Assembly (NCBI RefSeq): GCF_000023965.1
Contig: NC_013202.1
Location: forward strand, 480,001 to 512,000
DNA: 32,000 nucleotides
Direction: 5' to 3'
Source: Halomicrobium mukohataei DSM 12286
Lineage (GTDB): Archaea > Halobacteriota > Halobacteria > Halobacteriales > Haloarculaceae
Shown here: piece after piece, positions 10,366 through 19,063 of the stretch
Position numbering within the stretch: position 1 is the first letter of the stretch
How the letters are laid out: each line of letters opens with the position of its first letter
Position numbers and translations under genes: made by a program
Notes under the pieces: model-generated
What the model was told of the DNA's origin: nothing
Databases searched by the model: none
What the model saw: only the letters and a program-made list of their open reading frames with translations

Positions 10366-11019
10366 ATGGAGGACGTGGACCGCGAAGCGATGCCGCGGGC
10401 GATCGTCGAGGAGTTTCTGGCACGCGAACGCGGGACGCGCGCGCTGCTGGACGACCTCGAGAAGTTGGCGATCGAGGGCCGGACCGAGGAGTTGCACGAT
10501 CGGATCGAGAACCTCGCCGAGAACGACGAGGCGGTCTTCTACACCGTCGCGTTCAGCCTCGCGGACTCGGTGCAGTTCTTCGGCGACGTGGAGGCCCAGC
10601 TCGACGTGACCGCGGCCGATCGGCTCCGGGATCTGGCCGAGACGTACCCGACGCTGGCAGAACCGTTCGCCGTCGTTCGAACGGAGCTGTCCGAAGACCG
10701 CAAGAACCCGGTGACGAACGTCAGCTACAGCGTCGCCTACCACCGTGGGATCGAGTCGCCGATCGTCACCTACCGCCCGCTGTCGGGCGGGCGAGAACTC
10801 TACGAGTCGCGAGCGACGCCGTCGGAAGTGCTGGGCACGGCCGCAGACCTCGTGGCGGCGACGACCGACGCGCTCGACGTGGCCCTGGAGAGCGATCACT
10901 CGGTCAACACGGAGGAGCTGAGCGAGCTGATCGACCGCCGAGAGCGACTGGAGACGGAGCTGTCGCGCCTGCGTGACGATCTCGACGAGCTCCGGCGGAC
11001 GCCGATCGACGGCGAGTAG
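10366..11019 (+). CDS. hypothetical acidic cytoplasmic protein with a C-terminal coiled-coil-like tail
   Basis: 217-aa ORF with a haloarchaeal acidic composition and high GC3. The competing 392-aa antisense ORF is Ser/Arg-rich junk. I recognised no family. Confidence 0.65.
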   Translation: MEDVDREAMPRAIVEEFLARERGTRALLDDLEKLAIEGRTEELHDRIENLAENDEAVFYTVAFSLADSVQFFGDVEAQLDVTAADRLRDLAETYPTLAEPFAVVRTELSEDRKNPVTNVSYSVAYHRGIESPIVTYRPLSGGRELYESRATPSEVLGTAADLVAATTDALDVALESDHSVNTEELSELIDRRERLETELSRLRDDLDELRRTPIDGE

Positions 11020-11074
11020 CGAGGCCACACCGGATGCGTTTATGTGTCCACGGACAGAAGCACGGAGCGAGCAC

Positions 11075-11374
11075 ATGGGACTGGACCGACTGGCCGAGCA
11101 GGTCGAGAAAGAACGGCGCGACCTCCAGATTCTCGAAGCCGTCATCGAACACGGTCCGATCGGGATCGTCCACCTCGCCGAGGAGGCCGAGGTCCCCGAA
11201 CACAAGGTGCGGTACTCGCTTCGGATGCTCGAAAACGACGAGCTCGTCCAGCCGACGCCAGAGGGCGCGGTTCCCGCCGACGACATCGCCGCGCGGATCG
11301 CGACGATGAACCAGGGGCTAGAGCGACTGCGCGACCGGACCGAGACGCTGAAGACGATTTTCGACGCGGAGTAA
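11075..11374 (+). CDS. small winged-helix DNA-binding protein (putative transcription regulator)
   Basis: MGLDRLAEQVEKERRDLQILEAVIEHGPIGIVHLAEEAEVPEHKVRYSLRMLENDELVQPTPEGA.. has a wHTH-like pattern. I set the start at ATG 11075, with TTTATG at 11039-11044 upstream. Confidence 0.65.
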   Translation: MGLDRLAEQVEKERRDLQILEAVIEHGPIGIVHLAEEAEVPEHKVRYSLRMLENDELVQPTPEGAVPADDIAARIATMNQGLERLRDRTETLKTIFDAE

Positions 11375-11445
11375 CACCGGCTGGACGCTTCGACAGCGAT
11401 ATACTCCCTCGCGAGAGCAGACCCATCGACCACGACGGCACCCAG

Positions 11446-11832
11446 ATGTCAGAGAGCACCTCACACCACACGATCGAAACGCTCGCGCTCGTCGGCGTCG
11501 GCGGGTTCGGCGGTGCGATCGCTCGATACGTGGCCGGGCAGTTCGTCGCCGGCCCCGCGGGGACCATGCTCGTCAACACCGTCGGGAGTTTCGCGCTCGG
11601 CGTCCTCGTCTACGAGGCAGTCCACCTGGGACGGCTCTCCAGTGCGGCGCGGCTGGCCGCGATGACCGGCTTCCTCTCGTCGTTTACCACCTACAGCACC
11701 TTCGCCGTCGAGACGGCCGGCCTGGCTCCGGCGTGGGCGCTCGCGAACGTCGTCGGGAGCTACGCGCTGGGTCTTGCCGGCGTGCTCGCCGGGCGCACGC
11801 TCGTCCAGAGAGTCGGACGGAGGGGTGGCTGA
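11446..11832 (+). CDS. crcB: fluoride ion channel CrcB/FluC, subunit 1
   Basis: 128 aa with 4 TM segments; ..GGFGGAIARY.. , ..TMLVNTVGSFALG.. and ..TGFLSSFTTYSTFAVE.. are CrcB signatures. Confidence 0.9.
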   Translation: MSESTSHHTIETLALVGVGGFGGAIARYVAGQFVAGPAGTMLVNTVGSFALGVLVYEAVHLGRLSSAARLAAMTGFLSSFTTYSTFAVETAGLAPAWALANVVGSYALGLAGVLAGRTLVQRVGRRGG

Positions 11833-12188
11833 TGGTCGGCATCGAGACCGCGACACTCGTCGGGATCGGCGGGGCGCTCGGCGCACTCTGTCGCCACTGG
11901 CTCGCAACGGCCGTCGACAGGGAAGCGGTCCCGCTGGGAACGCTGACCGTCAACGTCGCGGGGAGTTTCGTCCTCGGGCTCGTCACCTTCGCCACGCCGA
12001 GCGAAGGCGTCGCACTGTTCGTCGGCGTCGGTGCCTGCGGTGCGTTCACGACGTTCTCCTCGTTCGCGGTCGAGACGGTCCAGCTGTGGGAATCGGGCCG
12101 TCCACTCGTCGCGGTCGGCAACGCCGTCGCCAACCTCGTGGGCGCGCTCGCGGCCGTCGGCCTCGCGTGGCTCGTCCTCTCGGTGTGA
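11832..12188 (+). CDS. crcB: fluoride ion channel CrcB/FluC, subunit 2
   Basis: 118 aa; ..GGALGALCRH.. , ..TLTVNVAGSFVLG.. and ..GACGAFTTFSSFAVET.. are CrcB signatures. Its ATG overlaps the first crcB stop (TGATG), consistent with a heterodimer pair. Confidence 0.9.
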   Translation: MVGIETATLVGIGGALGALCRHWLATAVDREAVPLGTLTVNVAGSFVLGLVTFATPSEGVALFVGVGACGAFTTFSSFAVETVQLWESGRPLVAVGNAVANLVGALAAVGLAWLVLSV

Positions 12189-12236
12189 GGACGGGCGGCC
12201 ACGGGTTTATGTACCGGGACGGGACCACGACTCGCC

Positions 12237-12686
12237 ATGTTCGTGGAACTGTGGCGCGACGACCGGGCGATCGAAGGGTTGCCGATCAGACTCGTCATCG
12301 CCCTCGTCGTCGGCGTCGCGAGCCTGAGCGTCATGATGAACACCATCTCGGGACTGGACACGATGACCGTCAGCGAGATCGACGTCGACCCCTCGAAGGA
12401 GGTGGTCGGAGAGGGCGAGACGGACGTGACGCTCACGGTCGTCGATCCGGACGGCCAGCCGGTCTCGGACGCGACGGTCGTCGTCACCGGTGGCACCGCG
12501 ACGATGGACGGTGCGGTGACCGCGACGACGGACTCCAGGGGCAACGCCACCGTCACGATCACGCCGCAGTTGGGGCCCAACCAGCAGGAGGGGACAGTGA
12601 CGATCGACGTGAAACCCCCTGCCAGCGGCGGGTACAGCGACCGGCGGCGCAACACCCGAATCCTCGTCGTCGACGACGGTGGCTAG
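12237..12686 (+). CDS. N-terminally membrane-anchored protein with a carboxypeptidase-regulatory-like/Ig-like beta-sandwich
   Basis: One N-terminal hydrophobic helix (LPIRLVIALVVGVASLSVMM), then ..VTLTVVDPDGQPVSDATVVVTGGTATMDGAVTATTDSRGNATVTI.. . TTTATG lies about 28 nt upstream of the ATG. Confidence 0.7.
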   Translation: MFVELWRDDRAIEGLPIRLVIALVVGVASLSVMMNTISGLDTMTVSEIDVDPSKEVVGEGETDVTLTVVDPDGQPVSDATVVVTGGTATMDGAVTATTDSRGNATVTITPQLGPNQQEGTVTIDVKPPASGGYSDRRRNTRILVVDDGG

Positions 12687-12796
12687 GCCACCATCCGCGA
12701 GTCGCCACAGCGACTGGTCGACCCACTCTCGTGGGGCGACCCCGCTGTGTCGGCCGGTAAGCGAGCGTTACGCGCGCCGACGGAGAGAAACGACTC

Positions 12797-12805
12797 TATA
12801 ATTAT
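12797..12805 (+). promoter_or_regulatory. TATA box TATAATTAT for cetZ
   Basis: Centred 30 nt upstream of ATG 12831 and preceded by a purine-rich stretch GAGAGAAACGAC. This supports the internal start. Confidence 0.5.
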
Positions 12806-12830
12806 CCGGTCGTGGGCCAACGACCACCGC

Positions 12831-14012
12831 ATGAACCTCGCCGCAATCGGGTTCGGTAACGCGGGTGGCAAGATCGTCGACAGATTCCTCGCCTTCGAGG
12901 AGCGGTCTGGGCGGTCGCTCACGACAGAGGCGCTCGCGATCAACTCCGCGGAGATCGATCTGGCGAAGTTGGAGGTGCTCCCGCCGGACCGTCGGCTCAT
13001 CATCGGCCAGACCGACGAGCGGGTGAAGGGACGGGGCGTCGGTGCCGATCCGGAGCTGGGCTCGGAGATCGCTCGCCAGGACCTCACCGAGATCGAGCGC
13101 CAGCTAGACACCGTTCCGATCCACGAGACCGACGGCTTTCTCGTGGTCGCCGGGCTCGGCGGGGGAACCGGGAGCGGTGGCGCGCCGGAGCTGGCCGAGC
13201 GGCTCGGTCGGATCTACGAGGAACCGATCTACGGGCTGGGGGTGTTGCCAAGCGCCGACGAGGGCGGTCGTCCCTCGCTCAACGCCGCCCGCTCGCTCCA
13301 GGCCTTCGCCGACGCGACGGACAACCTCATGGTGTTCGACAACGACGCCTGGCGACAGACCCAGGGGTCGGTCGCGGCAGGGTACGACCGGACCAACCGA
13401 GAGATCGCGCGGCGGTTCGTCACGCTCCTGGCAGCCGGCGAACTCGACGGCTCGCAGGTGTCCGAGTCCGCGATGGACGCCAGCGACATCCGCCGGACGC
13501 TGGCGACCGGAGGACTCAGCACGATCGCGTTCAGCCAGGCAGACGTCGAGGCCGAGACGAAATCGAAGCAAGGACTGTTGGGCCGACTGCGATCCAACGG
13601 CGAGAGCCACACCGACGAGGGGGACCTGGCGAAGAAGATCCACGGGCTCGTCCGGAAGGCCGTCCAGTCTCGGCTCACCTGTCCGGCAGACGTCGCCTCC
13701 GCCGAGCGCGCCCTGGTCGTCGTCTCCGGCCCGCCACGCGAGGTCTCACAGAAGGGGCTCCAGCGGGCCCGCCAGTGGCTCGAACGCGAGACCGACAGCG
13801 TCGAGGTGCTGGCCGGCGACGACCCCCGGACCGACGCCGACGCGCTCTCGGTGGCCGTGTTGCTGTCGAACGTCACCGAGGTGCCACGCGTCGACGAGCT
13901 ACAGGAGCGGGCCGTCACGGCACAGGAAAACAGCCGGCAGCAAGCCGCCGAGCGCAGAGCGGAGATCGACGAGTTGCTCACCGACGAGGAGAACGAGCTC
14001 GACCCCCTCTAG
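12831..14012 (+). CDS. cetZ: CetZ-type tubulin/FtsZ-superfamily GTPase
   Basis: MNLAAIGFGNAGGKIVDRF.., the tubulin signature GLGGGTGSGGAP, and ..NLMVFDNDAW.. closely recall Haloferax CetZ1 (from memory). Length is 393 aa from ATG 12831. The upstream 28 codons of the ORF cover the TATA box. Confidence 0.88.
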   Translation: MNLAAIGFGNAGGKIVDRFLAFEERSGRSLTTEALAINSAEIDLAKLEVLPPDRRLIIGQTDERVKGRGVGADPELGSEIARQDLTEIERQLDTVPIHETDGFLVVAGLGGGTGSGGAPELAERLGRIYEEPIYGLGVLPSADEGGRPSLNAARSLQAFADATDNLMVFDNDAWRQTQGSVAAGYDRTNREIARRFVTLLAAGELDGSQVSESAMDASDIRRTLATGGLSTIAFSQADVEAETKSKQGLLGRLRSNGESHTDEGDLAKKIHGLVRKAVQSRLTCPADVASAERALVVVSGPPREVSQKGLQRARQWLERETDSVEVLAGDDPRTDADALSVAVLLSNVTEVPRVDELQERAVTAQENSRQQAAERRAEIDELLTDEENELDPL

Positions 14013-14746
14013 TAGTCGTCCCAGTCGATCCACTCTTGCTCCCAGCCCGCCCGCGACTGGGCGGCCTGCTGGGCGCGTTCGCGGTCCTCGCGGTGGGTGC
14101 GGTTGCGTTCGACGGTGTCTGCCTGCTCGCCCTCGACGAGCATCGGCTGGAAGGCGACGCCACCGAGGCGGCGCTGACTGCCGTCGGCCGCGACGACCGT
14201 CAGCGTCTGCTCGGCCGCACCGAGTGGCATGACCAGGCGACCGTCGTCGGCCAGTTGCTCCCGGAGCGCTCGCGGCGGTTCGACGGCCGCCGCCTCCAGC
14301 AGGATCTTGTCGTAGGGCGCGTACTCGGGGAGTCCCTCGGCCCCGTCGCGACGGTCCACGAGGACCGCCTCGTAGCCGGCCGTCGCGAGGTTCGAACGGG
14401 CGTCGTACACCAGCCGGCGCGTGATGTCGATGGCGTGGACACGCTCGGGGCCGACGATCTCGGCGACGAGCGCGGCCGTGTAGCCGACGCCGACGCCGAC
14501 GATCAGCACGTCGTCGTCCGCCTCGGGGGCCAGCGCTTCGAGGAGTCGTGCCGCGGTGCTCGGTGCGAGGACGCGGGTCCCGAACCGCTCGAACGACCGG
14601 TCGGAGTAGGCCGCTCGGTCGTCCTCGACGAACGCTTCCCGCGAGACCGTTCGCATCGCGTCCGCGAGACGCGGTGTCTGCAGACAGCCCTTGCTCTCGT
14701 GGGTCAGGCTGTCGACCATGTCCTCCCGCAGCACCGCCTGTTCCAT
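14009..14746 (-). CDS. protein-L-isoaspartate O-methyltransferase family paralog with a C-terminal extension
   Basis: SAM-binding motif ..VLIVGVGVGYTAALVAE.. and PIMT-like ..YDKILLEAAAVEPPRALREQLADDGRLVMPLG.. . Start at ATG 14746 (MEQAVLRED..) with TCATATAC 21-28 nt upstream. Confidence 0.82.
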   Translation of the reverse strand: MEQAVLREDMVDSLTHESKGCLQTPRLADAMRTVSREAFVEDDRAAYSDRSFERFGTRVLAPSTAARLLEALAPEADDDVLIVGVGVGYTAALVAEIVGPERVHAIDITRRLVYDARSNLATAGYEAVLVDRRDGAEGLPEYAPYDKILLEAAAVEPPRALREQLADDGRLVMPLGAAEQTLTVVAADGSQRRLGGVAFQPMLVEGEQADTVERNRTHREDRERAQQAAQSRAGWEQEWIDWDDY

Positions 14747-14907
14747 ACCCGAGGTTCCCGCCGGAAGTATATGAATGGCCCGCCCCGGAGCGGCGCGAGG
14801 ATCGACGGCAGAGCGAAATCCGGTGAACCGCCGGGGGCCAATCCCGAGGCACTCGCCCCGTTCGTCCGTGGAAAGATTCACCAGTCCATCGGTCGAAGGC
14901 GATCACG

Positions 14908-15417
14908 ATGCCGGGCACACCCGAGCCGGTCGTCGGGAGCGCAGTCGTGACCCTGGGGCTCGCGGTCGCAGTCGGGACACTCGTCGCCGTGGTTCCGCTG
15001 GTCGTCGGCCGGCGGCCGTCGCCCCGGCGATACGCCGCGGTCGGCGGCGGCGTGTACGCGCTCGCCGTCGGGGGCCTCTGGGCAGTCCCGCGGATCGGCG
15101 TCGCCGGGCTAGGGTGTTCGCTGCCCGGAGACGTGGGAACGTGTGGGCCGTTCGCACTGATCGGCGTCGTCGTCCTCGCCGGACAGGGGGCCGTGGCGCT
15201 GTACACCTACAGCGAGTACGGCTACGTCGTCCCGCTTGGCGCGACGGCGTCGGCGACGCTGGTGCTGGCGTGGTCGTTCCTGCGGATCGGCGGCGAGAGC
15301 GATCCGATGACACTCTACGCGCTCTTTTTCGGGCCGGCGGCGGTGGGCGTCACCTGCGTCCTCGGCGTCTGTGAGGGGATCGTCCGACGGCAGGGAACCA
15401 CGGTCACTGCATCGTGA
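14908..15417 (+). CDS. hypothetical integral membrane protein (about 5 TM)
   Basis: It is the only non-junk ORF in the 657-nt gap between the two methyltransferase genes. It is strongly hydrophobic with high GC3. The overlapping ORFs are Arg-rich. Confidence 0.6.
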   Translation: MPGTPEPVVGSAVVTLGLAVAVGTLVAVVPLVVGRRPSPRRYAAVGGGVYALAVGGLWAVPRIGVAGLGCSLPGDVGTCGPFALIGVVVLAGQGAVALYTYSEYGYVVPLGATASATLVLAWSFLRIGGESDPMTLYALFFGPAAVGVTCVLGVCEGIVRRQGTTVTAS

Positions 15418-16024
15418 CGAACCGGACGCTGCCGTGGTGTTCGCGCTCTAGCTCGCCGTCGGCCCGCTTTCGAGCACGGACGAGCGTCTGGGGCCGTCGA
15501 CCGAGCGGGCCGAGCACCACGCCGCCGGGTCGGAGCTGTTCGACGACGGCTCGGGGAAACCGCACTGGACCACAGGTGAGGTACGCCCGGTCGTACGGCG
15601 CATGTTCGGGCCAGCCTCCGCGGCCGTCGCCCGCCCTGATCGCGACGGTGTCGTAGCCGAGATTTGCCAGGCGCTCGCGGGCCGTCTCGGCGAGGGTGGC
15701 GTGGTACTCGACGCTGTACACTGTGTCCGCGAGTTCGGCGGTCACGGCCGCGTGATACCCACAGCCGGTGCCGATCTCCAGAACCCGGTCGTCGGGGGCC
15801 AGCTCCAGCAGGTCGGCCATGATCGCGACCATGTGCGGTGCGCTGATCGTCTGCCCGTCCCCGATCGGGAGGGGGCGGTCGTCGTAGGCCCGTTCGCGGT
15901 GCTGCTCGGGGACGAACTCGTGGCGGGGGACCGATTCGATCGCCGTCAGCACTCGTTCGTCGTCGATGCGGTCGCTCTCGGCGAGGGCCTCGACGAGCGC
16001 TCGTCGCCGGGCCGCCCAGTCCAT
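15404..16024 (-). CDS. pcm: protein-L-isoaspartate O-methyltransferase
   Basis: ..VPRHEFVPE..AYDDRPLPIGDGQTISAPHMVA.. , ..VLEIGTGCGYHAAV.. and ..YDRAYLTCG are canonical PIMT motifs. Confidence 0.93.
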   Translation of the reverse strand: MDWAARRRALVEALAESDRIDDERVLTAIESVPRHEFVPEQHRERAYDDRPLPIGDGQTISAPHMVAIMADLLELAPDDRVLEIGTGCGYHAAVTAELADTVYSVEYHATLAETARERLANLGYDTVAIRAGDGRGGWPEHAPYDRAYLTCGPVRFPRAVVEQLRPGGVVLGPLGRRPQTLVRARKRADGELEREHHGSVRFVTMQ

Positions 16025-16025
16025 G

Positions 16026-16682
16026 CTACCACGCCGACCAGGCGGTGGTCGACTCGTCGCGGACGTACAGTCGCTTGATGTCTTTCGCGAGGGCGCTGTC
16101 GCGGTCCTGGTCGTACTGTTCGCGGTCGTAGCCGTGGGCGTCGTCCCGGACGTGGAACCCCTCGACGGTGAACTCGTTGTCGCCGAACTCGTCGGTCGCG
16201 CCGACGGTGAACTCGTAGTCGCCGGGGACGTTGAGCTTGAAGCTCTCGGTGCTGTCGTGGCGGCCGTCTTTGGGGTGCATCGTCACGTCGACGGCGACGT
16301 TCCCGACCGCGCGGGTCCAGATCGTCTCGACGTCCTCGGCGGTCCCCTCGTCGACGCGGCCGCCCTCGTCGAGTTCGACCGCGGTGATTCGAACGGTCAT
16401 CAGGGCCTCCTCGGCGTCCAGCAGGAACTCTTCGCCCTTGGCCAGTTCCTCCTCGGCCGGCACGTCGACCTGTGCGCTGAACGACTCGCCGTCCTGTGAG
16501 ACGACGACGCGGCGCTGTACCTCGTCGTCGTCCGGGAGCTGTTCCTTGTGGGTGTGGTCACATTCCGTACAGCGAACCGTCACGTGGCTGCCGGGGCTGA
16601 GCACCTCGTGGACGGTCTCGAAGGCCGGCGAACACGCCGGGCACGGCAGGGCGAGGCGATCGCCCGGTGTCGCGTCTGTCAT
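16026..16682 (-). CDS. archaeal Zn-ribbon protein (I recall this family as COG1326 / the 'HVO_0476 family')
   Basis: MTDATPGDRLALPCPACSP..VTVRCTECDH.. is a C4 zinc ribbon followed by an acidic domain. Start at ATG 16682. It ends 1 nt before the pcm ATG, so an operon is likely. Confidence 0.82.
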   Translation of the reverse strand: MTDATPGDRLALPCPACSPAFETVHEVLSPGSHVTVRCTECDHTHKEQLPDDDEVQRRVVVSQDGESFSAQVDVPAEEELAKGEEFLLDAEEALMTVRITAVELDEGGRVDEGTAEDVETIWTRAVGNVAVDVTMHPKDGRHDSTESFKLNVPGDYEFTVGATDEFGDNEFTVEGFHVRDDAHGYDREQYDQDRDSALAKDIKRLYVRDESTTAWSAW

Positions 16683-16818
16683 AGACGAGCGTACTCGGGC
16701 CGAACGTAAAGGGGCGTCGTCCCGGCCGTCTGGCCGCCTGTGACTGCCGGCCGGGGACGCACAAAACGAGATCGAACCGTACAGAAGGGCCTTACAAACG
16801 GCGACCGACGACGGACGT

Positions 16819-17994
16819 ATGGCACCGATACGCCGCCGCCGAGCCCTCCAGCTGGCGGGCGGAAGCCTCAGCGCGCTCGTCGCCGGATGCGTCGGCGGAT
16901 CACCGTCCGCCGGTACGGACGAGCAGACCGACACACCGACCGACGAACCGACGGAGACGACGACCGACGGACGAACGGAGACGCCCACGTCCGCGACCGA
17001 AGTGACCGGGAGCGAGCAGGTCCGGTATCCGTCGGGCCCGTCAGAGCCCGACTGGGCGGGAGCGGACGCCGTCGGGCACGTCGCGCTGGCGGCCTCCCGA
17101 GAGCGGGCGCGGGCGCTGCTCGCGCCGTTCGAGCTCCCCGAAGCACGACGCGAGCCGGTGGTCGAGTTGCTCCGGGAGACCGACTTCGAGCGATCGCTGC
17201 TGGCGCTGGTCGAGACCGTCGGCCCGAACGGCTGCTACCGGACCGTCGAGGTCTCGAACCTCGCGCTGAGCGGCGACCGACTCGTCGGCGACGCGAGCGC
17301 GGTAGACGAGAGCGACGGCGAAACGGCCTGCACCGAGGCGCTGACTTACCCCGCGACGCTCGTGCGGGTCACCTTCGACGGCAGACCGCCGGAACGGGCG
17401 ACGTTCACGATCACGGACGGCTGGGGCGAGAGTGCCGACGTGACGGGGACAGTCGAGGATCGAATCGGCCCGGACCCCGACGATCTGGCCGGTCACGTCC
17501 GCCCGGACGACGACCCCGTCGTCCGAGAGCCGCTGTCCTGTGACCGCGAGGGGTTCCAGCGCCACGGCAGCTGGGTCGACGATCCACCGTGGGGGCTGGC
17601 CACCGACGACGACGGAGCGCCGACGTTCGCGCTCCGGGTCGACCGACTCGAAGCCGGCGTCGGTGAGACGGTCACGGTCACGATGACCAACGTCGGCGAC
17701 GGCGTCCTGAGCACCGGCAACCGCCACAAGTACGGCCTCCAGACCCAGACAGAATCGGGGTGGGAAGACGTTCGCGGCGCGACCGACGGCGACCCCTTGT
17801 CCTACACCGACGAGGCGATCGGCCACGCCCCCGGCGACGGCTTCGAGTGGACGCTGGAACTCACCGAGGAGGGTCTCGTCGCGGACCACGTCCACGCCGA
17901 CCGGCTGGTCGTCTGTCCCGACCTCGAACCCGGTCGCTACCGCTTCGTCTTCTGGGAGCCCGCCGTGGCCGTGGCGTTCGACCTCGTGGAGTAG
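16819..17994 (+). CDS. Tat-signal lipoprotein, function unknown
   Basis: MAPIRRRRALQLAGGSLSALVAGC has a twin-arginine motif plus the lipobox LVAGC. A Thr/Glu/Asp/Pro-rich linker follows, then beta-rich domains. Confidence 0.78.
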   Translation: MAPIRRRRALQLAGGSLSALVAGCVGGSPSAGTDEQTDTPTDEPTETTTDGRTETPTSATEVTGSEQVRYPSGPSEPDWAGADAVGHVALAASRERARALLAPFELPEARREPVVELLRETDFERSLLALVETVGPNGCYRTVEVSNLALSGDRLVGDASAVDESDGETACTEALTYPATLVRVTFDGRPPERATFTITDGWGESADVTGTVEDRIGPDPDDLAGHVRPDDDPVVREPLSCDREGFQRHGSWVDDPPWGLATDDDGAPTFALRVDRLEAGVGETVTVTMTNVGDGVLSTGNRHKYGLQTQTESGWEDVRGATDGDPLSYTDEAIGHAPGDGFEWTLELTEEGLVADHVHADRLVVCPDLEPGRYRFVFWEPAVAVAFDLVE

Positions 17995-18003
17995 CCGGGG
18001 CGA

Positions 18004-18040
18004 TCACTCTGCCTGTGGCAGTTCCACTGCCACGCCGTCC
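18004..18040. repeat. intergenic copy of a 37-bp direct repeat (36/37 identical to 18063-18099) containing the hairpin GTGGCAGT-TCC-ACTGCCAC
   Basis: TCACTCTGCCTGTGGCAGTTCCACTGCCAC(G/A)CCGTCC occurs twice, 59 bp apart. Confidence 0.9.
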
Positions 18041-18062
18041 TCGCGTGTCGCTTCGCTCCCGC

Positions 18063-18099
18063 TCACTCTGCCTGTGGCAGTTCCACTGCCACACCGTCC
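18063..18099. repeat. second copy of the 37-bp repeat, forming the stop codon and last 11 codons of the aminopeptidase gene
   Basis: The minus strand reads GAC GGT GTG GCA GTG GAA CTG CCA CAG GCA GAG TGA = DGVAVELPQAE*. Confidence 0.9.
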
Positions 18100-19013
18100 G
18101 CGAACACGGTCGGCTCTCGCAAGATGCCGTCGAGGTGGATCGGCGCGGTCGTGTCCCCGCCGATCGCGTGGTCGTCGCCGATCGCGATGTGGACGGTGCC
18201 ACCGGCCTTCTCGTCCAGCAGCACCGAGCCGACGAGATCCCGGACGGCGACGTTGGTCCCGATCCCGAGTTCGGCGAGGTTGTAGGCGGCGTCACCGACG
18301 GTTTCGGCGGCCGCCTCGATCTGCTGGCGGACGGCGTCGTCGCCGATCTCGGTGACGAGCCCGTCCTCGACGGTGAACTCCAGCAGTTCCCCCTCCAGTT
18401 GGCCGTGGGGCATCATGGTCCCGTCGACGACGAAGGTTCCGTCGGCGGTCGTCGGGCTACAGAACACCTCGCCGGCCGGGAGGTTCGACATCTCGCCGGG
18501 CTCGTGGACGATGCCGGTGTCGAGTTGCCACTCGCGGTCGCCCAGCCCGAAGGTGATATCGGTCCCCTGGGGAGAAGTGACTCGGATCTCGTCGGCATCC
18601 TCGACCTGTGCGAGGACGTCTCGACAGTGGCCCGCGATCGCCTCGTAGTCGGCGTCCAGCCCCATCAGGAACACGCCTTCGGTGATTCCGGGGAGCGTCG
18701 CGACCCGGGCACCGGCCTCGTTGGCCTCGCTGCGGGCCTGCGTGTGGCTCAGGCTCTTGGTCGTCGGCGCGAGTACGACATCCGCGCCGGCCATCGCGGC
18801 GGCGACCGGTTCGGGTGGCTCCTCGCCGTGTTGCTCGCCCGGCGGGTACCGGAGGAAGACGGTGTCGTCGCTGATCTCGCTGGCGACGCGGTACAGCGCC
18901 TCGCCGATGGCCGTGCGCTTCTCGTCGGTGACGACGGCACAGGACTCCGTCGACTGGAGGTTCAGACACTGCTCGACCGCGGTTCGGGCCGGCTTTCGGA
19001 GCGACGAGTTCAT
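18063..19013 (-). CDS. M29-family (AmpS/PepS-like) aminopeptidase
   Basis: 316 aa; ..SNLPAGEVF.SP.. , ..GTFVVDG.. and ..LGIGTN.....G..LLDEK..GTVHIAIG are characteristic of thermophilic-type M29 aminopeptidases. Confidence 0.85.
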   Translation of the reverse strand: MNSSLRKPARTAVEQCLNLQSTESCAVVTDEKRTAIGEALYRVASEISDDTVFLRYPPGEQHGEEPPEPVAAAMAGADVVLAPTTKSLSHTQARSEANEAGARVATLPGITEGVFLMGLDADYEAIAGHCRDVLAQVEDADEIRVTSPQGTDITFGLGDREWQLDTGIVHEPGEMSNLPAGEVFCSPTTADGTFVVDGTMMPHGQLEGELLEFTVEDGLVTEIGDDAVRQQIEAAAETVGDAAYNLAELGIGTNVAVRDLVGSVLLDEKAGGTVHIAIGDDHAIGGDTTAPIHLDGILREPTVFADGVAVELPQAE

Positions 19014-19063
19014 GCACGGTAGTGGCCGCCCGACCCACCTAAAGGTACCCGGCCGCGAACAGG

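Noticed and set aside
10255-11433. A 392-aa minus-strand ORF spanning the 10366-11374 region, and a 323-aa ORF at 11684-12655.
   Set aside because: They are Ser/Arg/Ala-rich junk translations. They lie antisense to plus-strand genes with recognisable features (wHTH, CrcB signatures) and proper TATA-to-ATG spacing.
11375-11445. A fluoride riboswitch (crcB motif) upstream of the crcB pair.
   Set aside because: The spacer is only 71 nt and has a TATA-like GATATAC about 46 nt before the ATG, leaving roughly a 20-nt leader. I could not find the conserved crcB-motif pseudoknot segments. A covariance-model scan would settle it.
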